Assembly: GCA_963695225.1 (NCBI GenBank)
Contig: OY968762.1
Coordinates: 1,120,001-1,184,000 of the forward strand
From: Vulcanimicrobiota bacterium
GTDB lineage: Bacteria; Vulcanimicrobiota; Vulcanimicrobiia; Vulcanimicrobiales; Vulcanimicrobiaceae
Direction of reading: 5' to 3'
DNA: 64,000 bases
Shown here: one piece after another, positions 28,342-38,332 of the stretch
How positions within the stretch are numbered: position 1 is the first letter of the stretch
Layout of the letters: each line of letters begins with the position of its first letter
The notes under the pieces: model-generated
The model's database searches: none
Seen by the model: only the letters and a program-made list of their open reading frames with translations
What the model was told of the DNA's origin: nothing
Position numbers and translations under genes: made by a program

Positions 28342-28656
28342 ATGTACGAACTCAAAAACGATGCGGATCCGGGAGTCGTGCTGATCAACGCGATCGGCGA
28401 TCTCGACTTGATTCTCTCCTCCGACATCTCGAGTGCGCTGCGCGGCTCCACCGAACCGTTCGCCGTCGTCGATCTCGGCGCGTTGCGCACGATCTTCGAC
28501 GACGGACGCGCGGCGCTCGATCAAACGATCGTCGAACTGCGCCTGCGCGGCCGCTCCGTCCACGTGCTCGAACCTCGCTTGCGGCGCGGCGCGAAGCGAC
28601 GCCGCAGCCCGCTCGCGCCTTCACGCATCATCATCCTCGCACACCGTCTGCGCTAG
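28342..28656 (+). CDS. Small STAS/anti-sigma-factor-antagonist-like protein (divergent)
   Basis: VVLINAIGDLDL..AVVDLGALRTIFDDG resembles the STAS GELD..VVVDL..V.FID pattern, without the usual phosphorylatable Ser. Confidence 0.55.
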   Translation: MYELKNDADPGVVLINAIGDLDLILSSDISSALRGSTEPFAVVDLGALRTIFDDGRAALDQTIVELRLRGRSVHVLEPRLRRGAKRRRSPLAPSRIIILAHRLR

Positions 28657-28660
28657 GCGC

Positions 28661-30193
28661 CTACGCCTTCTTCGCGATCGCGGGCGCGCGCTCGGCGTCA
28701 CTCGATTTCGCGCGCACATCGCCGAGCGGCAGCTCGATGCGGAACGTGCTCCCTTCGCCGACGCGACTCTCGAGCGCGAGCGTCCCGCCCGCGCGCTCGA
28801 CGGCGCGTTTGGCGATCGCGAGCCCGAGGCCGAACCCTTGCGTCTCGCCGCGGCTCTCCCCGCGGTAGAAGCGGTCGAAGATGCGAGCCTGCTCTTCGAC
28901 GGATATCCCCGGCCCGCGGTCGCTCACTTCGACGACCGCCTCGCGCGGGCGCGCCGCGATGCGGACCACGACGGGTGACGGCGCCGCGTACTTCAACGCG
29001 TTCTCGACGAGATTCGCGATCGCTTCGCGCAGTTCGCCGACGGAGCCCTTGACGACGGGCCGGGCCTCGATGCGGACCTCGAGCGGACGCCCGGGATACA
29101 CGGCCTCGAGCGTCGCGCAGATCTCCGAACAGAGCTGCGCCAGCTCGACGGATTGCGCGTCGTCGGCCTGCACGTTCTCGAGGCGCGCGAGTTCGACGAG
29201 CTTGTCGATCAGCGTTTGCATGCGGCGGCTTTCGAGGCGCATCGTTTCGTAGATGCGCGGCGACATGCCGCTCTCCGATCCGCCGATGCGCCGCCACAGC
29301 ACGTCGATGAAGCCCATGATCACCGTGAGCGGCGTGCGCAGTTCGTGCCCCGCGTCGGCGATGAAGTGGCGCATCTGCGCTTCGGCGGCGCTACGCTCTT
29401 CAAAGGCGCGCCCGACTTCGGCGACGGCACCGTTATAGGCGAGGACGAGCTCGTTGAATTCTCCGCGTTCGGCGAGCGGGACGGGGCGCGGCGTCAGATC
29501 GCCGTCGGCGAAGCGCTGTAGCGCCGCGGTCGTCGCGACGAGCGGCACGAGCGCTTGGTTCGCGATGTAGCTCCCGAACAAGAACGCCGCGAAGATCGCT
29601 ACGATGCCGATCGGCACGAACGCGAGACCGATCGCGACGGCCGCATCGGCGAGCAGCCGCGGATCGAACACGATGAGGATCTCGCCGCCCGGGATCGCGA
29701 CGCGTTGCACGTGCGGGCGCATCAGCGAGGCGAACGGCGGCAAGCCGGGCGGCGCTCCGCCGTTCCACTGCGCGCCGCCGTCCGACGGCGGCGCGGGGGC
29801 TCCGCCGAACGTCCCAAGGCCGCGAGCGCCCGGGACGGGCGCAGGCCCGATCGTGGGCGGGCGCGGCGCGGCGGCGAGCCGTTCGCCGCCGGGTCCGACG
29901 CCGGCGATCAGCCGATGCCCCTCGCCGCGTTCCTCGATGACGGCGACGCGCAAACCAGGGCGTGCGAGCGCGCGCGCGATCGCCGGTGCGGCCTCTTGCA
30001 GCGTGCGGTCGCGGCGGTAGAGGCGCGCGATTTCAGGCGCGCTGCGCGCGACGGATTTGAGCGTTTCGTCGGCGGCGCGCGCGGAGGCCCACACGGAGAT
30101 GGCCGTCACCGAAGCGCCGACGACCACGACGAGCACGGCGGCGGCGATGACGTAGAGCGCGATCAAGCGCCCGCGCAGCGAACGGAACATCAC
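28661..30193 (-). CDS. HAMP sensor histidine kinase (MprB/BaeS-like)
   Basis: Two TM helices, FIADAGHELRTPL, NLVENALKY, DRGPGI, FDRFYR, GFGLGLAI; start overlaps the response-regulator stop. Confidence 0.92.
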   Translation of the reverse strand: MMFRSLRGRLIALYVIAAAVLVVVVGASVTAISVWASARAADETLKSVARSAPEIARLYRRDRTLQEAAPAIARALARPGLRVAVIEERGEGHRLIAGVGPGGERLAAAPRPPTIGPAPVPGARGLGTFGGAPAPPSDGGAQWNGGAPPGLPPFASLMRPHVQRVAIPGGEILIVFDPRLLADAAVAIGLAFVPIGIVAIFAAFLFGSYIANQALVPLVATTAALQRFADGDLTPRPVPLAERGEFNELVLAYNGAVAEVGRAFEERSAAEAQMRHFIADAGHELRTPLTVIMGFIDVLWRRIGGSESGMSPRIYETMRLESRRMQTLIDKLVELARLENVQADDAQSVELAQLCSEICATLEAVYPGRPLEVRIEARPVVKGSVGELREAIANLVENALKYAAPSPVVVRIAARPREAVVEVSDRGPGISVEEQARIFDRFYRGESRGETQGFGLGLAIAKRAVERAGGTLALESRVGEGSTFRIELPLGDVRAKSSDAERAPAIAKKA

Positions 30194-30870
30194 GTATCGC
30201 GCAGCGAGTAGCCGGCTCCGCGGTGCGTGTGGATCAAGCGCCGTTCGAAGCCGTGATCGAGCTTCGCGCGCAGGTACGAGATGTACGTTTCGACGGTCCC
30301 CTGTCCGACGATGCGCTCGTTCCCCCACACGCGGTCGAGCAGTTCGTCGCGCGTGAAGACGCGGCGCGGATAGCGCATCAGCGCGACGAGCAGATCGAAT
30401 TCGCGCGCGGAGAGGTCGATGGAGCGCCCGGCCCGCGCGACCATGCGCGTCTCGGTATCGACCTCGAGATCGGCGACGGAGAGCGTGGTGCGCCGCGCCA
30501 ACGTGGGGCGGCGCAGCGCAGCTTCGATGCGCGCCGCCAACTCCGCGATATCGAACGGCTTGGGTACGTAATCGTCGGCGCCCGCACCGAGCGCTTCGAT
30601 ACGGTCGGGGACCTGGTTCTTCGCCGTCAACATCAGGATCGGCGCTTCCGTCAGCTTGCGCAACATCGGCAGGAGCGTCACGCCGTCGACCTTCGGCATC
30701 ATCCAATCGAGCACGATCGCGTGCGGATCCCACTCGCGGACGGCGTGCAGCGCCGCTTGGCCGTCCGGAACGGAGCGCACGTCGAAGCCTTCGTCGCCGA
30801 GCCCGATCTCGAGCAGGCTTCGCACGTTGCGCTCGTCGTCCACGATCAGCACGCGGCGCGCCCCGCTCAT
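30190..30870 (-). CDS. OmpR/MprA family response regulator
   Basis: VLIVDDE, LDWMMP, LTAK, GADDYVPKPF, VETYISYLRAKL, IHTHRGAGY. Confidence 0.93.
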   Translation of the reverse strand: MSGARRVLIVDDERNVRSLLEIGLGDEGFDVRSVPDGQAALHAVREWDPHAIVLDWMMPKVDGVTLLPMLRKLTEAPILMLTAKNQVPDRIEALGAGADDYVPKPFDIAELAARIEAALRRPTLARRTTLSVADLEVDTETRMVARAGRSIDLSAREFDLLVALMRYPRRVFTRDELLDRVWGNERIVGQGTVETYISYLRAKLDHGFERRLIHTHRGAGYSLRDT

Positions 30871-31012
30871 GCCCGTCTCACCCTCAGCATGGTTACGCAA
30901 GTTCGGCACTCGCCCGCCCGCGGGCTCCCGGCCGGCCGGAGCAATTTCGAGCGCGGCGGGGGGCGCGACGCGCGCCCGAGGAGATGAAAGCGATCGGCGG
31001 CATGGCGCCTAC

Positions 31013-31045
31013 AGCATCCGCCCGGGGCCTCGGATGAGGCTGAGA
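31013..31045 (-). promoter_or_regulatory. Direct-repeat box TCTCAG-n5-TCCGAG-n10-GATGCT upstream of the response regulator
   Basis: Same layout as the box at 28300-28336. Confidence 0.4.
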
Positions 31046-31050
31046 GGCCG

Positions 31051-32775
31051 TTAGAGGCGCTTGAACATCCGCGCGATCTCGGCGGGTTCCAACCGCACGA
31101 CCGTCGGACGGCCGTGCGGGCAATGCATCGGATTACGGCAGCGTTCGAGGCGCAGGAGCAGGTCCGCCATCTCGGCGGGCTCGAGGCGTTCGCCGAAACG
31201 GACGACGGAATGGCAAGCGAGCGAAGCCCAGATGCGCTCACGCGGGCCGAGGCCGCGGACGTCGTCGCCGAGGCATTCCAGGAAATCGACCGGATCGAAG
31301 GGGCGGCGCCGGTTCGTCCCGGCGAGCAGGTAGCCCGCGGGCGTCGCGTCGATCCGGTAGGCGCGCTCGCCGAAGCGCTCGATGCCGAGCCCGGCCGCGC
31401 GCAATTCGTCGAGCGCGCCTGCGATCGCCGCGTCTTGCGCGCCGCTCACTTCGAAATCGTAGGGGACGAGGAGCGGTTCGCTCGGTTCGCGCGCTTCCGC
31501 GTTCGCCGCGAAGCGTTCGAAGACGACGCGCTCGTGCGCCGCATGCTGATCGACGAGAACGAGAGCGCGCCCGTCCGTCGCGAGGATGTACGACGCATCG
31601 ATCTGCGCGAGCACGCGCAAGACGGGGGCCCGCTCGAGCGAGAGCGCCGCCTGCACGGCTTCCGTCCGTGCCGGGGCAAACGCCGATTCGGCAGTGCCCC
31701 CCGGACCGAGCGAGACCGCCTCGGCGAAGCGTTCGCGGACGCTCGCGTCGAAGCGTTCGCGCGCGCCCGCGTCGAGCGTGGCGGCGAGCGTGTGCCGCAC
31801 GACCGTGCTCACGTGATCGGCGTAGCGCAAGCGGACGTCGCTCTTCGTCGGATGGACGTTCGGATCGACCGAACTCGGCGCGACGTCGACGAACAGCACG
31901 CCGTACGGCTGCCGCCCGACCATCGCATACGTGCTGTACGCGGCGCTCCACGCGCCGGCGAAGAGCGAGCTGCGCAGCAGGCGATCGTTGACGAACAGGA
32001 CCTGCATCCGCCGGTCGGGGCGATCGTTCCCGGGCGAGCTGACGAAACCGCGCACGCGCACGTCGAGCGTATTGCCCTGGGGCGCGCGCAGCGGAAGCAA
32101 CGTGCGCGCCGCCGCCTTTCCGAAGACGTGCGCGAGGCGCAGTTCGAGCGAGGGATCGGGCGGGAGCGTCCACAGTTCCTCGCCGTCGTGCGCGAGGCTG
32201 AACGTGACGCGCGGGTAGGCCAGCGCGATCGTGGCGAGCCAATTCGAGATGCGCGCAAACTCGGCGCGCGGCGAGCGCAAATATTCGCGCCGCACCGGCA
32301 CGTTCGCGAACAGCTCGCGCGCGATCGCGCGCGTCCCCACGGGCGCGGCGATCGGAGTGGGCTCGCCCGCTTCTTCCGCATGAACGTCGAGCGCGGTCCC
32401 GAGTTCCGCTTCCCGCGTGCGGGAGATCAGCCGCAGCCGTGCGACCGCCGCAATGCTCGCGAGGCCCTCGCCTCGGAAACCGAGCGTCCCTATCGCGCCG
32501 AGGTCTCCCGCGGCGCGCAGCTTGCTCGTCGCGTGCCGCCGCACGGCGAGTGCGAGTTCCCCGGGAGCGATCCCCGCACCGTCGTCCGCGACCTCGATCT
32601 CATCGAGGCCGCCCCCGCGAACGCGCACCGCGATCCGCATCGCGCCGGCGTCCAGCGCGTTCTCGACGAGCTCCTTGACGACCGAGAGAGGCCGTTCGAT
32701 CACCTCGCCGGCCGCGATCTGCCCGATCGTCTCGGGATCGAGGATGCTTATCGGGCGCGGCGCGAGGACGTCCAT
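31051..32775 (-). CDS. mutL: DNA mismatch repair endonuclease MutL
   Basis: IAAGEVIERP..KELVENALDA, GFRGEGLASI, DQHAAHER, ACH, CPHGRP. Confidence 0.96.
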   Translation of the reverse strand: MDVLAPRPISILDPETIGQIAAGEVIERPLSVVKELVENALDAGAMRIAVRVRGGGLDEIEVADDGAGIAPGELALAVRRHATSKLRAAGDLGAIGTLGFRGEGLASIAAVARLRLISRTREAELGTALDVHAEEAGEPTPIAAPVGTRAIARELFANVPVRREYLRSPRAEFARISNWLATIALAYPRVTFSLAHDGEELWTLPPDPSLELRLAHVFGKAAARTLLPLRAPQGNTLDVRVRGFVSSPGNDRPDRRMQVLFVNDRLLRSSLFAGAWSAAYSTYAMVGRQPYGVLFVDVAPSSVDPNVHPTKSDVRLRYADHVSTVVRHTLAATLDAGARERFDASVRERFAEAVSLGPGGTAESAFAPARTEAVQAALSLERAPVLRVLAQIDASYILATDGRALVLVDQHAAHERVVFERFAANAEAREPSEPLLVPYDFEVSGAQDAAIAGALDELRAAGLGIERFGERAYRIDATPAGYLLAGTNRRRPFDPVDFLECLGDDVRGLGPRERIWASLACHSVVRFGERLEPAEMADLLLRLERCRNPMHCPHGRPTVVRLEPAEIARMFKRL

Positions 32776-32787
32776 CCCCGGCGGCCG

Positions 32788-33261
32788 CTAATCCTTTCGA
32801 ATTTGGGCTGAAAGGTAACGTTCGTACCCGAGCTCTGCGATCTGGTGCAGTTGTGCCTCGAGCCAGTCGAGGTGCTCCTCTTCATCCTTCAAAAACCGCT
32901 CGAAGAGCTCGCGCGACGCGTTGTCGCCTTCTTGGCGGGCCACTTCCACCGCGCGATTGTACATTTGCACCGCGCCGAGCTCCAGGGCATAATCGCTTGC
33001 AAGCTGATCCTTGACGGTTTGACCGATGGTGAGCCGCATCGGCTCCGTCATGTTTGGGCTCGCATCCAGAAACAAGAGACGCTCGATCAGCGCCTCGGCG
33101 TGCTTCATCTCGTCGATGGACTGTTTCATGATGAAGCCGGCGAGCTTGTCGTAATGCCAACTCTCACACATCTCAGCATGGACGAAATACTGGTTTATGG
33201 CCGCAAGTTCTTCCCTTAGCGCTTCGTTCAGCGCGTCGATTACCTTTTGGCTTCCTTTCAT
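32788..33261 (-). CDS. bfr: Bacterioferritin
   Basis: MKG..ELAAINQYFVH..SIDEMKHA (heme Met, ferroxidase Glu/His)..DEEEHLDWLE. Confidence 0.95.
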   Translation of the reverse strand: MKGSQKVIDALNEALREELAAINQYFVHAEMCESWHYDKLAGFIMKQSIDEMKHAEALIERLLFLDASPNMTEPMRLTIGQTVKDQLASDYALELGAVQMYNRAVEVARQEGDNASRELFERFLKDEEEHLDWLEAQLHQIAELGYERYLSAQIRKD

Positions 33262-33419
33262 GCGTTACAGGCTCTCTCCTCAACAACGATTCGTCGCCTA
33301 CACTTCTGCACGAGAGCTTCCGCACCTCGGCACCGCTGTAGCGCTGCCTGCAAACCATCGTGCAGGATCGCAGGCGCGGCCATTCGACTGCGAACGCCTC
33401 ACGGCCGTAGGCTCCGCGC

Positions 33420-35894
33420 TCAGAACCCGAGGCCCAACTGTTCTTCTACGCCGCCGCCGGCGCGGGAGAGGCGGCCGCGCAGGGGGACCTGGACTTCGAG
33501 CGCCGGTTGGCCTTCGAGCGCGTCCGCAATCTCCTTCGCGCGCGCGACGACGCTCGGAGGCAAGCCCGCCATGCGCGCGACCTCGATGCCGAAGCTGCGC
33601 GAACTGCTGCCCGGCAGCACGCGGTGCGAGAACACGGGCACGCCGTGGCTTGCCGTCTCGACCGCGGTGATGTGGAAGTTCTCGACCATCGACCAGCGGT
33701 CGGCGAGCGCGACGAGCTCGTGGAAGTGCGTCGCGAACAAGACGAACGGCGATTGCGTCTCGCGTTCGAGCAAGAACTCGCTGATCGCCTGCGCGATCGC
33801 GAGGCCGTCGGTCGTCCCCGTGCCGCGGCCGACTTCGTCGACTAACAGCAAGCTACGCTGCGTTGCGCGGCGCAGGATGTTCGCCGTCTCGTTCATCTCC
33901 ACGTAGAACGTCGATTGGCCGCTCGCAAGGTCGTCGCCGGCGCCGATGCGCGTGAAGATCCGCTCGACGACGCCGAGCTCCATCTCGGCCGCCGGGACGA
34001 ACGAGCCGATCTGCGCGAGGATCACGAGCAGCGCCGTCTGCCGTAAGTAGGTCGATTTGCCGCCCATGTTCGGGCCTGTCAGCAGGATGAAGCGCGAGCG
34101 GTCGCCCTCGAGCGCGAGGTCGTTCGGCACGAAAGCGTTTCCGAGCAGCGCCTCCATCACGGGGTGGCGCCCTTCGCGGATCCGCAGGCGGCTCTCCGGC
34201 ACGAAGCGCGGGCGCACGTACGCGCGTTCGACCGCGACCTGCGCGAGCGAACAGAACGCATCGAGCTCGGCGATCGCTTCGGCCGCCGCGAGCAGCGCTT
34301 CGACGTGCGGCGCCACGCGCTCGAGCAACTCGTCGTAGAGGCTTTGCTCGAGGCGGTATTGCCGCGTCTGCGCGCTCGCGATCGCGGCGTCGAGTTCGCG
34401 CAGTTCGGGCGTCACGTACCGCTCGCCGTTCGCGAGCGTCTGCCGCCGCACGTAATCCGCGGGGACTGCGCCGACGTTCGATTTGCTGACCTCGATCGCG
34501 TAGCCGAACGCCGACGAATACTTGACCTTCAGGCTCTTGATCCCGGTCCGCTCGCGTTCGCGCTCTTCGAGCGCGCTCAAGCGCGAGCGGGCGTCGGTGC
34601 GCAGGCTGCAGCACTCCGAGAGCTCGGCATTGCTCTCCGGCCGGATCGCGCCCCCTTCGACGAGCGTCGCGGGCGGCTCGTCGACGAGCGTCGCGGCCAG
34701 ATCGGCGGCGAGCGCGGAGAAATCGCCGATCCGCGCCGCGTAGGCGGCGAGCGCATAGGGCAGCGTCTCGCCGATCGGATCGAGATACGCGAGCGTGCGC
34801 CGCAGCGAGGCGAGGTCGCGGGGCGTCGCGCGCCGGAACCGCACCTTCTGCGCGATCCGCTCCAGATCGAAGCAGCGGTCGAGCAGATCCTGCAGTCCCG
34901 CGCGGCGCCCGCCTTCGCCCGCGAACGTCTCGACGGCGTCGGCGCGCGCCGCGATCCGTTCGGCCGAGACGAGCGGCGCGTTGACCCAGCGCGAGAGCAG
35001 GCGCGAACCCATCGCGGTGCGCGTGCGGTCGATCGTCGCGAGCAGCGTCGCCTTCTCGTTCGCGCCGACCGCCTTCGTCAGCTCGAGATGTTTGCGCGCG
35101 TTCGGATCGAGCGCGACGAACGCGCGCAGCGAATAGATCTCGGGCGCGCGCAAGATCGCCGTGCTCCCGACGCGCATGCGCCGTACGAACGCGCCCAGCG
35201 CATCGAGCGCGCGGTGCAGCGCGAGGGATTCTTCGCCCGACGTCCCCGCGAAGAGCGCCCGCGGGCGCGGATCGAGCGCCGCTAGCGGCGAGGTCGTGAT
35301 GCGCGCCATGCCGCCGGAGGGCTCGAGCGCACGGGAGATCGTCTCGCGGACGGCGGCCGGAACGTCCGCGACGATCTCCGCCGGCGCGATCCGTTCGATC
35401 TCGGCGAGCGCATCCTCCAGCGCCGTCTCTCCCGCGAAGGCGGTCGCCGCGCAGTAACCCGTCGAGATATCCGCGTGCGCGAGCGCAACGATCTCGCCGT
35501 GCAACGTGAGCGCGGCGAGGAAGTTGTGCGCCCCGCGCTCGAGCAGCGTCTCTTCGATGACGGTCCCGGGCGTGACGACGCGGGTCACGTCGCGGCGGAC
35601 GAGCTTGTTCGGCTGCGGCACCTCGAGCTGCTCCGCGAGCGCGACGACGCGGCGTTGCGCGACGAGCTTCGCGAGATACGTATCGAGCGCGTGATACGGC
35701 ACGCCGGCCATGGCGACGCGATTCCCGTTCCCCGATTCCTTCGAGGTCAGCGCGATCGAGAGCGCGCGCGCGATCGTCTCCGCGTCGTCGCCGTATGCTT
35801 CGTAGAAGTCGCCCACCCGCGAGAGCAGGATCGCTTCGGGAAAGCGAGCCTTCATCCCGAAGTATTGCTCGAGCATCGGCGAGTAGGTCGTCAT
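33420..35894 (-). CDS. mutS: DNA mismatch repair protein MutS
   Basis: RVGDFYE, MAGVP, TGPNMGGKST, DEVGRGT, ATHFHEL. Confidence 0.96.
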   Translation of the reverse strand: MTTYSPMLEQYFGMKARFPEAILLSRVGDFYEAYGDDAETIARALSIALTSKESGNGNRVAMAGVPYHALDTYLAKLVAQRRVVALAEQLEVPQPNKLVRRDVTRVVTPGTVIEETLLERGAHNFLAALTLHGEIVALAHADISTGYCAATAFAGETALEDALAEIERIAPAEIVADVPAAVRETISRALEPSGGMARITTSPLAALDPRPRALFAGTSGEESLALHRALDALGAFVRRMRVGSTAILRAPEIYSLRAFVALDPNARKHLELTKAVGANEKATLLATIDRTRTAMGSRLLSRWVNAPLVSAERIAARADAVETFAGEGGRRAGLQDLLDRCFDLERIAQKVRFRRATPRDLASLRRTLAYLDPIGETLPYALAAYAARIGDFSALAADLAATLVDEPPATLVEGGAIRPESNAELSECCSLRTDARSRLSALEERERERTGIKSLKVKYSSAFGYAIEVSKSNVGAVPADYVRRQTLANGERYVTPELRELDAAIASAQTRQYRLEQSLYDELLERVAPHVEALLAAAEAIAELDAFCSLAQVAVERAYVRPRFVPESRLRIREGRHPVMEALLGNAFVPNDLALEGDRSRFILLTGPNMGGKSTYLRQTALLVILAQIGSFVPAAEMELGVVERIFTRIGAGDDLASGQSTFYVEMNETANILRRATQRSLLLVDEVGRGTGTTDGLAIAQAISEFLLERETQSPFVLFATHFHELVALADRWSMVENFHITAVETASHGVPVFSHRVLPGSSSRSFGIEVARMAGLPPSVVARAKEIADALEGQPALEVQVPLRGRLSRAGGGVEEQLGLGF

Positions 35895-35982
35895 TCGCCT
35901 ACGTCACTTGTCCCGCCCGAACCCCATCCCTGCAAGCCTCACCGTCACCGAGAACGGCTCATCGCCGAAAAGGCCGCCGCAC

Positions 35983-36050
35983 GTCACCCTCGAGCTCGCC
36001 GAAGGCGAGCTTCCCACAGCGGCTGATCCTTCGACAAAGTCAGGATGACA
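35983..36050. repeat. Inverted pair of the same REP-like repeat
   Basis: GTCACCCTCGAGCTCGCCGAAGG (35983-36005) and CCTTCGACAAAGTCAGGATGACA (36028-36050). Confidence 0.65.
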
Positions 36051-37449
36051 TTGGGGCGAGGAGGTCGATCGGCGGGAGCGGGAGCGTTAGCAGGCGGGCG
36101 GGGTCTTTGAAGCGCGCGGCGTCGCCTACGGCGGTTCCGAGGACGCCCCAGGTGAAACCGGCCTCGACGCGCACGTCGATCCAAGGGCGGCTCGGATCGC
36201 CGATGCCGGCGGTGCGCGGCACGATCGCCGTCACGTTGTCGAGCGTCTTGGCTGCGAGCTTGCGCGGATCTTTGCGCGAAGGGCCCTGCACGAGCGCGCG
36301 CACGGTCGTTCCCACCTTGCGCTCGTGGAACGCGCGCACGCCCCGGTCGACGACCGCGGCGAGGCGGCGCAAGCGCTCGTTCCCGAGCTCCGGCGGAATC
36401 TGCTCCCAGCGCGCTGCGGGCGTATCCCGGCGCGGCGAATAGACGAACGAATACGCTTGCGCGAATTGCATCTCGTCGCAAAGCTCGAGCGTTCGCTCGA
36501 AATCCTCTTCCGTTTCCCCCGGGAAGCCGGCGATGATGTCGGTCGTGAGCGCCCAATTCGGGCAGTACGCCCGGAACATCGCGACCGTCTCGCGATAGTG
36601 CTCGACCGTGTATTTCCGATTCATCCGTCGCAGGATCGGGTTCGAGCCGGATTGCACCGGCAGATGGAAGCGCGGGTTGAGGTTCGGGAGCGAGCCGAGC
36701 GTGCGCGCGAGCTTCTCCGTGCAATCCTTCGGATGGGACGTCACGAACGTGAGCCGTTCGAGCCCTTCGAGTGCGGCCGTCGCGGCCAACAGATCCGCGA
36801 AATCCTCGCCCGTCAGCGGTTCGCGGTACGCGTTCACGGTCTGACCGACGAGCATGATCTCGCGCGCCCCGCGCCCCAGCGCCGCGCGCACTTCGGCGAG
36901 GATCTCGCCCTTCGGGCGGTGGTCGAAGCGCCCGCGCACTCGCGGCACGATGCAATACGTGCAGTAATACGAACACCCGCGCTGCACGGTCGTGAACGCG
37001 CGCAAGTGCGAGTAAGCGTCGCCCACGCAATCGGCCCGCCCGCCGAACGGCTCGAGCAGGGCCCGCTCCACGCTCGCTTCGTCGTCGCCGAACGCGTCGC
37101 GCCAGGCGGCGATCGCATCGCCCATCCGCACGAGTTCTGAAGTCCCGAAGACGGCATCGACGTGCGGCACGAGCGCCTGCATCCGGTCCCGGTCTTGCTC
37201 CGCGAGGCATCCGCAGACGACGAGCTTCATCCCGGGGTCTGCGGTCTTGAGCGCCTTGAAGTGGCCGAGCCGCCCGTAGGCGCGCTGCTCGGCGTTGTCG
37301 CGGACCGTGCACGTGTTCACGACGACGACGCTAGCAAGCTCGGGGCGGTCGACGACCGTGTAGCCGGCCGACGCCGCGCGATCCGCAAGGTATTGCGAAT
37401 CGGCTTCGTTCATCTGGCACCCGAAGGTTTCGATGTAGATTCCGGCCAT
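36040..37449 (-). CDS. miaB: tRNA methylthiotransferase MiaB
   Basis: TFGCQMN, NTCTVR, GCSYYCTYC, HLPVQSGS, DIIAGFPGETEEDF, TRAM domain. Confidence 0.95.
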   Translation of the reverse strand: MAGIYIETFGCQMNEADSQYLADRAASAGYTVVDRPELASVVVVNTCTVRDNAEQRAYGRLGHFKALKTADPGMKLVVCGCLAEQDRDRMQALVPHVDAVFGTSELVRMGDAIAAWRDAFGDDEASVERALLEPFGGRADCVGDAYSHLRAFTTVQRGCSYYCTYCIVPRVRGRFDHRPKGEILAEVRAALGRGAREIMLVGQTVNAYREPLTGEDFADLLAATAALEGLERLTFVTSHPKDCTEKLARTLGSLPNLNPRFHLPVQSGSNPILRRMNRKYTVEHYRETVAMFRAYCPNWALTTDIIAGFPGETEEDFERTLELCDEMQFAQAYSFVYSPRRDTPAARWEQIPPELGNERLRRLAAVVDRGVRAFHERKVGTTVRALVQGPSRKDPRKLAAKTLDNVTAIVPRTAGIGDPSRPWIDVRVEAGFTWGVLGTAVGDAARFKDPARLLTLPLPPIDLLAPMSS

Positions 37450-37453
37450 CGTG

Positions 37454-38272
37454 TTACTTCCGGCTTTCGCCTGCACCGCCGGTCAGGCGTTCGAGCAGCG
37501 GCAACGGCAGGTAGAGCTTCCCGCCGATCAGCGTCGGGGTACCGGCATAGGAGAGCGGGCTCCCGTCGAAACGCAGCGCCGGTTCGTCGAGCTTGCCGAC
37601 GACGACGTGCCCCTCGTAGCGGATCACCACCTTTCGGCCTTCCACGCCGAACGCCTCGGCGGGCAAGAAGTCGGCGGCCGCCGAGATGATCGGCGAAATC
37701 TCGGCACCCAGCGCGAGCGGCCGGAGCAGCACTTCGGTCGTCGTCTCGGAATAGACCGTGAAGCTCCGGGAGACCGGGCCGCGCGGCGTCGCGAGCGTCA
37801 GTTGGTGGAGCCCGGCTCGGAGCGGGACGGCCCCGTGCGCGGGGAGCGTCAGCGGCTTCCCATCCAGCGCGAGGCTCGCCCCCACCGGGAGGCCGCGGAA
37901 CGACGCGGCCCCCATCCCGGGCTTCTGGCGGGCCGCCGGGCCGAGTTGCAGGCTCTGCAGCAAGACGGTCGCCGCCGCGACGTCGACGTCGGATTCGAAC
38001 ACGGCCCAACCGGTCTTCGTCAGCGTTAAGTGGTGGCGCCCTTCCCCTAGGACGTCGACGAAGACCGGGGAGCGGCCGACATAGTTCCCATCGACCCAGA
38101 CGTCGGCACCTGCGGGGAGCGTCGTGACGTAGAGCCCGCCGGAACCGTTGCCCGACGGCGCCCCTGGAAGCGAGGTCGCCGGCGCCGTTCCGGCCCAAGC
38201 GGGGAACGCGAGCGCCGCCAACAAGGCGACCGCGAACAGCCGGGCGATCGCCGCACGAGCTCGAAATGACAT
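37454..38272 (-). CDS. Secreted PEGA-domain protein with C-terminal stalk-like domain
   Basis: Signal peptide; LYVTTLPAGADVWVDGNYVGRSP..GRHHLTLTKTGW; C-terminal PTLIGGKLYLPL. Confidence 0.8.
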   Translation of the reverse strand: MSFRARAAIARLFAVALLAALAFPAWAGTAPATSLPGAPSGNGSGGLYVTTLPAGADVWVDGNYVGRSPVFVDVLGEGRHHLTLTKTGWAVFESDVDVAAATVLLQSLQLGPAARQKPGMGAASFRGLPVGASLALDGKPLTLPAHGAVPLRAGLHQLTLATPRGPVSRSFTVYSETTTEVLLRPLALGAEISPIISAAADFLPAEAFGVEGRKVVIRYEGHVVVGKLDEPALRFDGSPLSYAGTPTLIGGKLYLPLPLLERLTGGAGESRK

Positions 38273-38332
38273 CGCCCGTTGGTTCGCGCCGTGCGGGTGC
38301 GCCCCCCCGCGCGGCGAAAGGCGCAGGTCGAA

